The position numbers and the translations under genes are program-made. From contig CAYUII010000010.1 in the NCBI GenBank assembly GCA_964444785.1, forward strand, positions 10,025 to 74,024: 64,000 nt of DNA, given 5' to 3'. Every line of letters begins with the position of its first letter. Position 1 is the first letter of the stretch. Shown piece by piece: positions 19,408 through 28,268 of this stretch. Under the pieces are notes generated by a model. It did not search any database. It was not told the origin of the DNA and was given only the letters and a program-made list of their open reading frames with translations. Source of the stretch: an uncultured Bacteroidales bacterium (GTDB lineage: Bacteria > Bacteroidota > Bacteroidia > Bacteroidales > TTA-H9).

Positions 19408-21093
19408 CTATTTAGTAGCACTTTCGAGTCTCTTCATCATCGAGAAGATGAAAGCAGCTGATAGTAAACAGCAGACTACAAAGAAGAGCCATAATTGCCA
19501 AATTTCAACTTTACCGTAGAGAATTGCCCCAATGAAGAGTAATTGGTTACCGAGTGCCGTTGCGGCCAACCAGCCACCCTGCATAGTACCCTTATATTTT
19601 GGAGGAGCTACACGAGATACGAATGAAATACCCATCGGACTGAGGAAAAGCTCAGCGATAGTGAGTACAAAGTAAGTACTGATCAGAAGATATGGTGTTA
19701 CTAATTCAGATTGAGGAACGGGATCCCCGGCCAAAGTAGCTTGTGAAGTTAACCCAAATGAACCGATGGTCATAACAACAAATCCCAAAGAAGCTAAGAT
19801 CATTCCAATGCCAATCTTACGAGGAGCAGAGGGCTCCATTCCCTTGCTATTTAACCAAGAGAAGAGGCCAACGGCGACCGGAGTTAGCGAGACGATGAAG
19901 AAAGGATTCATGTGCTGGAAAAGTTCCGGAGAGAAAGCATTAACGGAAGGCATGGAGGATAATTTATAATAGGCTAGATATCCTAAAATAGCAGCGGCGC
20001 CCAAACCGACAATACGTTCAATAGATTTTGAACTCTTTCTTATCAAGAAGTATAGACCAAGAGCAGTACCAAATAGAGGAAGTAGTGTCCATAGGTCAAA
20101 CCAGAAGAAAGTATCAGGAGCCACAGAACGCTGAGTGTAATCACGTGCAAAAAACGTAAGAGAGAGCCCGTTCTGGTGGAATGACATCCAGAAGAAGATA
20201 ACAACACCAAAGACAAGGAACAGAGCGGTTAAACGTTTACGAACTTCATCAGCAGGCATATCAGCTACAGGAGCAGCTTCACCTTTAGCATTTTTAGTCA
20301 TTACGCTATAACCAGGTTTCAGATAGCTATTAAATGCAAAGTAAACAATAAGAGATACGAGCATCATCACCGCTGCAAAACCGAAAGCCCAGTTGTAACC
20401 TCTTGAGAAGGCACTGATATATTGTTCAGCAAATGTATTGACATCAAAGTTAGCGGGAAGAGCGCCATTCAGATAAGCAGATGGAGCAATAGCTGTTAGC
20501 TTATCTGCTGCACCCTCTACACCATGTTTTACGTTCCAGCATAAAGCAGGAACCTCGGCTTTATCAACAAAGTTGGCAGTTGCTAAGATGTACTTCTTAA
20601 GGCTAATAGCTACCGTAGGAGCAAACAGGGCACCAATATTAATACCCATATAGAAGATAGAGAAAGCACTATCGCGCTTGCTCTGAAACTCCGGAGCCTC
20701 ATAAAGATTACCTACAACGGCTTGAAGGTTACCTTTAAACATACCATTACCAAAAGCAATAACAAATAGACCTACACAAGTCTGAATAAGACCTGCCATA
20801 TTATTGGGAGTAGGAATAGCAATAAGAACATAACCTACAGCCATAGCGATAATACCAAATGCAATGGTCTTCTTTAGACCAAATACACGGTCTGCGACCA
20901 ATCCTCCAACCAAAGCCAAAGCATAAATTGAAGCATAGAAGATGGAATATATAATTCCCGCATTGTCTCCTGTCAGACCAAATTTAGCCTGAAGGAAAAG
21001 TACAAGAATTGCCATCATGGTATAGAAGCCAAACCGCTCCCCCATGTTTGCAAAGAAAGCTACTAGCAATCCTTTTGGATGTCCTTTTAACAT
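19408..21093 (-). CDS. Proton-dependent oligopeptide transporter (POT/PTR2 family)
   Basis: N-terminal GERFGFYTMMAIL motif, a 14-TM-like profile, and a PTR2 signature-like FYMGINIGAL. Confidence 0.9.
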   Translation of the reverse strand: MLKGHPKGLLVAFFANMGERFGFYTMMAILVLFLQAKFGLTGDNAGIIYSIFYASIYALALVGGLVADRVFGLKKTIAFGIIAMAVGYVLIAIPTPNNMAGLIQTCVGLFVIAFGNGMFKGNLQAVVGNLYEAPEFQSKRDSAFSIFYMGINIGALFAPTVAISLKKYILATANFVDKAEVPALCWNVKHGVEGAADKLTAIAPSAYLNGALPANFDVNTFAEQYISAFSRGYNWAFGFAAVMMLVSLIVYFAFNSYLKPGYSVMTKNAKGEAAPVADMPADEVRKRLTALFLVFGVVIFFWMSFHQNGLSLTFFARDYTQRSVAPDTFFWFDLWTLLPLFGTALGLYFLIRKSSKSIERIVGLGAAAILGYLAYYKLSSMPSVNAFSPELFQHMNPFFIVSLTPVAVGLFSWLNSKGMEPSAPRKIGIGMILASLGFVVMTIGSFGLTSQATLAGDPVPQSELVTPYLLISTYFVLTIAELFLSPMGISFVSRVAPPKYKGTMQGGWLAATALGNQLLFIGAILYGKVEIWQLWLFFVVCCLLSAAFIFSMMKRLESATK

Positions 21094-21276
21094 ATGTTTT
21101 CTGATTAGTTAATGAATGAATTGTCTGATAGTTATTCAAACGGTGCAAAGCAAATATATGAAAAAAAAGGAATGTCACTCTACCTTAAGTCTCACATCAA
21201 CCTTTCGTAATCACTTTTTACCCTATTGATGTAATTTTATCTAACACTAATCGTCATCTAAATAAGAAACACGGAA

Positions 21277-21798
21277 ATGACAATAGACGAATACACCAAT
21301 AAACTTTGGCCTATACGTGACAGAATCTTCCGTCTGGCTAGAAGACTTCTAGTCAATGAAGAGGATGCGCAAGACATTGTCCAAGATACTTATCTAAAAC
21401 TCTGGAGCGCAAAAACCCGGCTAGATGAAGTGTCTAACATGGAAGCAATGGCTATGACGGTAACTCGGAACCTCTGCCTTGATAGGCTTAAAAATCATAA
21501 CCACAAATATACTGTCTACGAGAACTCATTTCCAGATTCGACTTCTACCACTACAACTGCTGATAATCAGATTCATCTTAAAGACCTTCAAAAGAATTTA
21601 AGCCATCTCATCAGCCAGCTCCCTGAGCAACAACGTACCGTCATGCACCTCAGGGATGTTGAAGGAATGGAGTTCGACCAAATATCGTACATCAGTGGTC
21701 AATCTATCAATGCAGTCAGAGCCAACCTCTCCCGCGCAAGAAAGAAAGTCCGCGAAACCCTTGAAAAAATCTATGAACATGAACAAGCCCTATACTAA
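21277..21798 (+). CDS. ECF-type RNA polymerase sigma-70 family factor
   Basis: Region 2 (DAQDIVQDTYLKLW) and region 4 (QRTVMHLRDVEGMEFDQISYISGQSINAVRANLSRARKKV). Confidence 0.9.
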   Translation: MTIDEYTNKLWPIRDRIFRLARRLLVNEEDAQDIVQDTYLKLWSAKTRLDEVSNMEAMAMTVTRNLCLDRLKNHNHKYTVYENSFPDSTSTTTTADNQIHLKDLQKNLSHLISQLPEQQRTVMHLRDVEGMEFDQISYISGQSINAVRANLSRARKKVRETLEKIYEHEQALY

Positions 21799-22426
21799 AA
21801 AATATATCCTCGAATTACTAGACAAATACAATGAGGCCGAAACTTCTTTGCAGGAAGAGCATATTCTTCAGGAATACTTCCTTTCTGATTCAGTTGACAA
21901 AGATCTTCTACCTTATAAGTCTCTTTTCACCTTTCTTAAAAACGAGCAAAAGATCACTGCCCCTGAAGTAAAAAAGGAGGGAATGGTTACAGTAACCTCT
22001 AAACCAAAAAACAGGGTTCGTCGCTTAATCATCATTAGCTCCTCTATCGCAGCCTCGCTCTTACTTGGCATAGGCTTGACTATAAAACTAATTGACTATC
22101 AAGAACGGCAAGAAAGGGAAGCGCTAGCCGCTCAATTAAAACAAAAAGAGATGATGGCCTCTTTTGGTGCCTTTGCCGAAGCAATCTCTTTAGTTGCAAC
22201 TAACCTTGACAAAGGGCTACAGCCTATGAACAGTGTCAATGCACTCAACATCATCGAGAAGGATACGACAAACCAACTCGAATCGCAAGAAGAAGAAAAC
22301 CCAAATGCTCTTATTACCGCACTGGAACTATTAGCCAAATATCTTCCTGCTGAACAGAATGACAATGACACCACAAACAATTCATCCAATAATAGAGATA
22401 ATATTCCGGAATCTTTATACTTCTAA
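21773..22426 (+). CDS. Putative anti-sigma factor / single-pass membrane protein
   Basis: The start MNMNKPYTKKY overlaps the sigma gene end by 26 nt. There is one TM segment (RRLIIISSSIAASLLLGIGLTIKLI). The call rests on position and topology only. Confidence 0.45.
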   Translation: MNMNKPYTKKYILELLDKYNEAETSLQEEHILQEYFLSDSVDKDLLPYKSLFTFLKNEQKITAPEVKKEGMVTVTSKPKNRVRRLIIISSSIAASLLLGIGLTIKLIDYQERQEREALAAQLKQKEMMASFGAFAEAISLVATNLDKGLQPMNSVNALNIIEKDTTNQLESQEEENPNALITALELLAKYLPAEQNDNDTTNNSSNNRDNIPESLYF

Positions 22427-22463
22427 TCCTGTTTCTATTAAATAATCGAAAAACAATGTATCT

Positions 22464-23009
22464 ATGAAACGTATAAAATGGATCTTTTTAATGATCATTC
22501 TCTTCGTCGGATCTCAGATTCAGGCGCAAGGTGTAGCCCAGAAATTCTACGACAAATATGTAGGGAAAAAAGGGTATTCTGTAGTCAATATCTCTCCTGA
22601 GATGTTTAAAATGTTCTCTGAAATGAAGGTTAATGACGGAACCAAAGAGAACAAAGCAGGAGAAATGATCGAGGCTGCCAGTAAACTGAAATCCATGCTG
22701 GTCATCAGTGTATCCAAAGACTCTATTGATCCTGGTTTTGCCGCACGAAAAGAGTCTTTTGCCTCCGAAGCAAGAGGCGCCATCAACGCTTCATTCACCC
22801 AACTAATGGAGGTTCGTGAACAGAATGAAGATGTGAGAATCTTTGTTAAAAGATCTGGTAAAATTGTCTCAGAACTGGTTCTTATCTCAGAAGATAAAAA
22901 CAAAGCGATCTTGGTTGGAATCACTGGCGACATTGACCTCAACCAAATTGGAGCTCTGGCAAGCAAAATGGGCGTCCCCGAGTTCCATGGGAAAAAACAC
23001 AAAAAATAG
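22464..23009 (+). CDS. DUF4252 domain protein
   Basis: Signal peptide and FYDKYVGKKGYSVVNISPEMFKMF, typical of DUF4252. This family commonly follows ECF sigma/anti-sigma pairs in Bacteroidota. Confidence 0.65.
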   Translation: MKRIKWIFLMIILFVGSQIQAQGVAQKFYDKYVGKKGYSVVNISPEMFKMFSEMKVNDGTKENKAGEMIEAASKLKSMLVISVSKDSIDPGFAARKESFASEARGAINASFTQLMEVREQNEDVRIFVKRSGKIVSELVLISEDKNKAILVGITGDIDLNQIGALASKMGVPEFHGKKHKK

Positions 23010-23221
23010 TTTTCTTATCATCATCTACCGACGGCTCCCTCTAGTTTGATTATTTTACGGTTTTTGTCGGTAAAAGGCTCTGTTTCTTTTATTATTTGAC
23101 AGTTAGATCAAATAGTAAATTGAGACAGAGCCTTTCTCATCTCAATTTATCTGGCTTAATTTGGTTTCTTATAATAGACCAATTGCTTATTGTAACTTTG
23201 CGTGGAAAAACAATTCAGACA

Positions 23222-24055
23222 ATGGAACTCAATGACCTCATAAAATACGCTCTCGCAGAAGATATAGGCGATGGCGATCACACTTCGCTCTCTACCATTC
23301 CCAGTTCAGCTATGGGAAAAGCTCGTCTTATAGTTAAAGAAGAAGGGATTTTAGCTGGGATGCGAGTAGCTCCTCTTGTCTTTGAACGAGTTGATCCCTC
23401 TATTATCTTTAAGCCATTACTTGAAGATGGAACGCCCATCAAACCAGGAGATATAGCCTTTATCGTTGAAGGTCCTTCCATTAGTCTGCTTACTTCTGAA
23501 AGACTCGTTCTTAACTTCATGCAACGAATGAGTGGAATTGCTACGATAACCAGCCATTATGCAAAAGAGTTAGATGGATTACACACTAAAGTCATTGATA
23601 CCCGTAAAACAACCCCTTTAATGAGAGAGTTAGAGAAAGAATCTGTTAGAATAGGAGGAGGAGGAAACCACCGCTTTGGCTTATTTGACATGATTCTTAT
23701 CAAAGACAATCATGTCGATTTCGCAGGAGGAATAAAACAAGCCATCAATGCAGCTCAGCAATATCTTCAAAAAACAGGGAAATCCTTGAAAATTGAAATA
23801 GAAGTTAGAAACTTCGATGAGCTTAACCAGGTCCTCTTATGTGGTGGGGTTGATCGTATCATGCTTGATAACTTTAACCCGGAAATGCTGACCCAAGCCG
23901 TTAAAATTATCGATGGTAGATATGAAACAGAAGCATCAGGTGGAATAACACTTTCAACTCTAAGAAGCTATGCATTGTCAGGGGTAGACTATATCAGCGT
24001 TGGTGCTTTAACCCACCATATCAAGAGTCTGGATCTGAGCTTAAAAGCATTTTAA
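23222..24055 (+). CDS. nadC: Nicotinate-nucleotide diphosphorylase (carboxylating)
   Basis: MELNDLIKYALAEDIGDGDHTS..., ...TRKT.P..R..EK.AV..GGG.NHR.GL.D..LIKDNH..., and C-terminal EASGGI. The start was moved to the ATG at 23222. Confidence 0.93.
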   Translation: MELNDLIKYALAEDIGDGDHTSLSTIPSSAMGKARLIVKEEGILAGMRVAPLVFERVDPSIIFKPLLEDGTPIKPGDIAFIVEGPSISLLTSERLVLNFMQRMSGIATITSHYAKELDGLHTKVIDTRKTTPLMRELEKESVRIGGGGNHRFGLFDMILIKDNHVDFAGGIKQAINAAQQYLQKTGKSLKIEIEVRNFDELNQVLLCGGVDRIMLDNFNPEMLTQAVKIIDGRYETEASGGITLSTLRSYALSGVDYISVGALTHHIKSLDLSLKAF

Positions 24056-24088
24056 TTCTATTAGGCAGCGAAAGTAACCTCCAGAAAA

Positions 24089-25081
24089 ATGAAGAAAATA
24101 AAGCAGTTCGAGAATGATCTCAAATCGGGCTATCAAGGAATAGTTAATTCTGAGATTGTTCTCAAAGCGGAAAGGCTTCTGAGAAAACTCATCCTTCCCG
24201 GCTTTGATGGTATGCCGCTTTATGATGTCCTAATGTTTTTTATAAAAGGACTCAATAAAGGAGCTCTCACGCTTCGAGCTGCCGCCTTTACTTATAACTC
24301 TTTTCTAGCAATCTTTCCAACCATTATCTTCTTCTTTACCATCATTCCTTATATCCCTATAAATAATTTCCAAGAGAATCTGATGGCGCTACTCGCTGAG
24401 TTTATTCCTGAATCAGCTTTTCAAACAGTAGAGACAACCGTTTATGATATCGTTAATAAGCCCAGAGGAGGACTGCTTTCATTAGGCTTCTTGCTGGCTT
24501 TGATCTTTTCAACCAATGGAATAGCCAGCCTTATTGGTGCTTTCAATCAAACATATCACTCTATTGAGACCCGTCCTTTTATCATACAGCGGTTAGTAGC
24601 TATTGTTATTGTTCTTCTACTTAGTGGTATGGTCATTCTGGCTATTGCATTAATGACTATTGGTCCCCCATTACTAAACACATTGGTAGATCTAGGCATT
24701 CTACATCATGGACTAATCTACTATTTAGTCTTAATTTTACGATGGTTAGTTATTCTAGCTTTACTCTTCTTTGCATTTAGCACCTTATACTATCTTGCCC
24801 CAGCTAAAAAAAATAAATTCAGGTTTATTTCGGCCGGGAGTACCTTAGCAACTTTACTAACCATACTTCTTTCAGGAGGGTTTAACTATTATGTAACTCA
24901 TTTCACCTCCTACAATAGGTTATATGGTTCTATTGGAACTCTGATGGTTATTATGCTATGGCTCTACTTTAATGGATTGATCATGCTTATTGGATTTGAA
25001 CTCAATGCAAGTATCATCGAAGCAAGACATAAACACGACCATGATCTCGATCAGAATCATGACTTATCAAAAAACAAGTAA
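24089..25081 (+). CDS. YihY/BrkB (virulence factor BrkB) family membrane protein
   Basis: AAFTYNSFLAIFP motif, six TM segments, and the YGS.G..mv.mlWlYf motif. Confidence 0.85.
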   Translation: MKKIKQFENDLKSGYQGIVNSEIVLKAERLLRKLILPGFDGMPLYDVLMFFIKGLNKGALTLRAAAFTYNSFLAIFPTIIFFFTIIPYIPINNFQENLMALLAEFIPESAFQTVETTVYDIVNKPRGGLLSLGFLLALIFSTNGIASLIGAFNQTYHSIETRPFIIQRLVAIVIVLLLSGMVILAIALMTIGPPLLNTLVDLGILHHGLIYYLVLILRWLVILALLFFAFSTLYYLAPAKKNKFRFISAGSTLATLLTILLSGGFNYYVTHFTSYNRLYGSIGTLMVIMLWLYFNGLIMLIGFELNASIIEARHKHDHDLDQNHDLSKNK

Positions 25082-25116
25082 GCAAAAGACCTCGTCGACC
25101 ATCGTCGTAAAAGCCA

Positions 25117-25644
25117 CTATCGCTCGTTGAAGATCTTTCTCATTGGATGCAGATAGGCCTCTAAAACATATTCAAGAACCTCCTCCTCCTGAAAGATACG
25201 ATCAACAAACTCTCTAAAAACCCCCTCTCCTCCTTTTTTACTTAACTCCCACTTTGCGGCCCGCCGAACATAATAGGGAACATTAGCCGGCACAGCACTA
25301 ATCCCGGCTCTTTCTAATAAAAGTATATCATTAATTTCATCTCCAATAAAGGCGACCTCCTCAAGCGATATACCTAAAGACTCACACAGCTCCACTGCTG
25401 CAAGTAACTTATTATCAACTCCCAGAAAAACATAAGGAACCTTTAGCTCCTCTGCTCTCAAGGTAGCTGTAGCCCCACCCTCTCCTGATATTATGGCCAA
25501 AGGAATGTTAGCTGCAGCAAGAGTCCCAACAGCAATCCCATCTGATGTTGAAAATCGTTTTGTTTCATTACCTTGATCATCCAAATAGACAGAACCATCA
25601 GTCCAAACACCATCTATATCAGTAATAACCAACTTTATTCTCAT
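25117..25644 (-). CDS. HAD-IIIA phosphatase, KdsC-like (3-deoxy-D-manno-octulosonate 8-phosphate phosphatase family)
   Basis: MRIKLVITDIDGVWTDG (DxDGV.TDG motif) and GDEINDI. About 175 aa from the ATG at 25642-25644. Confidence 0.7.
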   Translation of the reverse strand: MRIKLVITDIDGVWTDGSVYLDDQGNETKRFSTSDGIAVGTLAAANIPLAIISGEGGATATLRAEELKVPYVFLGVDNKLLAAVELCESLGISLEEVAFIGDEINDILLLERAGISAVPANVPYYVRRAAKWELSKKGGEGVFREFVDRIFQEEEVLEYVLEAYLHPMRKIFNER

Positions 25645-25748
25645 TCTTTTCTCGTTTTTCAAAACATCAGTAAATGTAAGGAAACCACGCATGACATACA
25701 ATTAAGTGATAAAGCCCTTATCTTTGCAACAAAATAAACAATCGGGCT

Positions 25749-26735
25749 TTGACTGCATATCAACAACTTGTAGTGATTGCCGGAGCGGGAGCTATCGGCA
25801 CAGCATTAGGTCAAGTATTGGCTGAAGCAGGAGCACACGTCTTACTTCATACCGTTGAAGAAGATGTGGCTCAGAATATTAATCTGAATCACTCCAATTC
25901 TAAGTATTTCCCAGCGATAAGGCTTCATCCGGAATTAAAGGCAACGACCTCTACTGAAGAGATCAAAGAGGCATCTATTGTCTTTCTGGCCGTTCCATCT
26001 ACTGCGGTGGTAAGCTATGTCTCTTCTCTACAACCATTTTTAAACGACAATGCGATCTTGGTCAACATGGCCAAAGGGTTTAGCCCCGAAAGAAGAACAA
26101 TCGCAGAGGAGTTAATAGAACTTGTATCCCAGAAAGTTGCAACACTTAAGGGACCCTCTTTTGCTCGCGAATTAATCAATTACGTCCCTACGGCATTTAC
26201 AATCGGATCAGCAGATAGCAGTGTAAAAGACCAGCTCTATGAGCTATTCGAAGGAACCTGTATCTATACCGACTTCACAAAAGATGTCAGAGGGGTTGAG
26301 CTCTTAAGCATCCTGAAGAACATTTATGCCATTGCAGCCGGTATTGTCGATGCTCATTTCGACTCTCCTAACCTGCGATTCCTTGTTCTAACAAGAGCTT
26401 TCTATGAAATGAGAGCTGTTATGCTTCACTTCGGAGGGAAAAAAACCACTATGTTCAGATATTGTGGTTATGGAGACTTCGGCCTTACTGCCTTGAACGA
26501 TTTAAGTCGAAATCGAACCTTAGGCCTCCTTATTGGAAAAGGATTCTTTACCGATAATATCAGCCAAAAGGTTGTCTTAGAGGGTAAAATCGCCGCAAAT
26601 ATCTTCTGTGAAGAGCTCATGACCCATCGCGACTTAGAGAACTTCCCTATCCTTCACGAGCTATACAAAGTATTCAATGTACCAAACTACGATGTCAGAG
26701 GATTCGTAGATAAAATCTTACAAAATAGTAGATAA
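25749..26735 (+). CDS. gpsA: NAD(P)H-dependent glycerol-3-phosphate dehydrogenase; apparent TTG start
   Basis: Rossmann motif VVIAGAGAIGTALG, plus NMAKGF and LKGPSFA.E motifs. There is no in-frame ATG upstream of the Rossmann strand. Confidence 0.78.
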   Translation: MTAYQQLVVIAGAGAIGTALGQVLAEAGAHVLLHTVEEDVAQNINLNHSNSKYFPAIRLHPELKATTSTEEIKEASIVFLAVPSTAVVSYVSSLQPFLNDNAILVNMAKGFSPERRTIAEELIELVSQKVATLKGPSFARELINYVPTAFTIGSADSSVKDQLYELFEGTCIYTDFTKDVRGVELLSILKNIYAIAAGIVDAHFDSPNLRFLVLTRAFYEMRAVMLHFGGKKTTMFRYCGYGDFGLTALNDLSRNRTLGLLIGKGFFTDNISQKVVLEGKIAANIFCEELMTHRDLENFPILHELYKVFNVPNYDVRGFVDKILQNSR

Positions 26736-26802
26736 GAAAATCTTATACTGATGTGCTGAGTAAGAATGCTCCTTGCCCACCAAACAGAAGTGCATAGATT
26801 AT

Positions 26803-26829
26803 GCTAGCAGCCTGTCGCTAGCAGCCTGT
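26803..26829. repeat. Tandem duplication of a 14-nt unit (gctagcagcctgtc / gctagcagcctgta)
   Basis: Read directly from the gap between the convergent gpsA and GT4 gene ends. The two units match at 13 of 14 positions. Confidence 0.6.
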
Positions 26830-26847
26830 AACAAGCAGTTTACAGAC

Positions 26848-28164
26848 CTACCCCCTTCTAAGTCTCCTGGCAATACTAAGCAGCATATCTGCTTGCCGAC
26901 GACGAGAGTACACCTCTATTTTTTCCATCTTAGATTCATGGGGCTCCTTTTGTCTCCAAGCCTCATATTCACTCCTTAAAAAGGCTGCCATCCCATCTTT
27001 ATCGTTGTAATAGAACATCACTCCGGCAGAGGTCTCATTCAAGATCTGAGCGGCATCTCCATCCAAGGGGCCAACGGCCAGGATTTGCCTTCTAACGCCG
27101 ATATACTCAAATAGTTTACCGGTAAGAATTCCTTGGTTATTATTAATCTCAGGAATCACCAACAATAAAAGAGCCGCTCTACTCATTACCTTTAGAGCCT
27201 CTTTATGCGGCTTATATCCATCAAATGTACAGAATTGCATCAACCCATTCCTTGTAAAAGCATCTCTCTGTTTCTCACTAATACTGCCCGTAAACTGTAT
27301 ATGTAATGGAATTGAGGGATCTTTCGAGACGATTTCAGAGACCGCTTGCGCAAAAGCCTCCACAGAGTAATCAGCCGACATCGTTCCTGTGTAGGCAATC
27401 TCGAAGCGATCTTGATTGATCATAGGAAGTGCCTCCATATCCGACTCATCATAGCCGTTGGGAATAACATGGAATGAGTCCTTATTTAACCTATCTGATT
27501 TAGACAAGAAGAGTCTCTTTAAAGCGGGACTAACCGTAATCATTGCATCGGCTTTGCTCAACAGTTTCAGCTCAAGATGTCTATCAATCGATGATGCCAA
27601 GGCGGTATGCAGAAGTTGATTATAATAATAGATATCTGTCCATGGATCGCGAAGGTCAGCAATCAGGGGCAAACCGGTTAACTCTTTAAGTTTAATCCCG
27701 GCTAATTGAGTTGAGTGAGGAGGAGAGGAGACAACGATAACATCTATATCATCTCTTTGTATCTCCGAAAGAGCAGCCTTTATCAGAAACTTGTTCCATC
27801 CCTTTCTAGGATCGGGTATAAAGAAGTTACCTCTGATAAACTTCATTACTTTATCCAGTAATCCGCTTTTCGTTTCATTAGCAAAGCCACTGTGAGGGAT
27901 TTGCTTCTTTCCGGTAATTTTCCGGTAGAGTTCAAAAGGTTCGAAGGTACGGGTTCGAACAACCCGTACCCCCGAAGGAATTTCGTTCAGTAAGGAGGGA
28001 TCTGTTACGGCATAGCTTGCCTGCTTTTCATCGACCGTTATAACAGTAACCTTAGCACCGGCCTCATAGCAGTACCTTACAAATTTCAATGGCCGTTGTA
28101 CACCGGGACCACCCGCCGGAGGCCAATAATAGGATATAAAAAGCAGATGAAGCTGCTTATTCAT
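26848..28164 (-). CDS. Glycosyltransferase family 4 protein
   Basis: N-terminus LLFISYYWPPAGGPGVQR and a C-terminal E..G....EY-type GT-B motif (GKLFEYIG). Confidence 0.8.
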   Translation of the reverse strand: MNKQLHLLFISYYWPPAGGPGVQRPLKFVRYCYEAGAKVTVITVDEKQASYAVTDPSLLNEIPSGVRVVRTRTFEPFELYRKITGKKQIPHSGFANETKSGLLDKVMKFIRGNFFIPDPRKGWNKFLIKAALSEIQRDDIDVIVVSSPPHSTQLAGIKLKELTGLPLIADLRDPWTDIYYYNQLLHTALASSIDRHLELKLLSKADAMITVSPALKRLFLSKSDRLNKDSFHVIPNGYDESDMEALPMINQDRFEIAYTGTMSADYSVEAFAQAVSEIVSKDPSIPLHIQFTGSISEKQRDAFTRNGLMQFCTFDGYKPHKEALKVMSRAALLLLVIPEINNNQGILTGKLFEYIGVRRQILAVGPLDGDAAQILNETSAGVMFYYNDKDGMAAFLRSEYEAWRQKEPHESKMEKIEVYSRRRQADMLLSIARRLRRG

Positions 28165-28268
28165 TTCTAATTAGTTTGTGCATCAAGAGTATTCCGCCAT
28201 TGGTCAGGATCTTTAATATCGGCTCCATTTCGAGCGAAACTGATCCGAACAAGGCTAAAATACTATAC

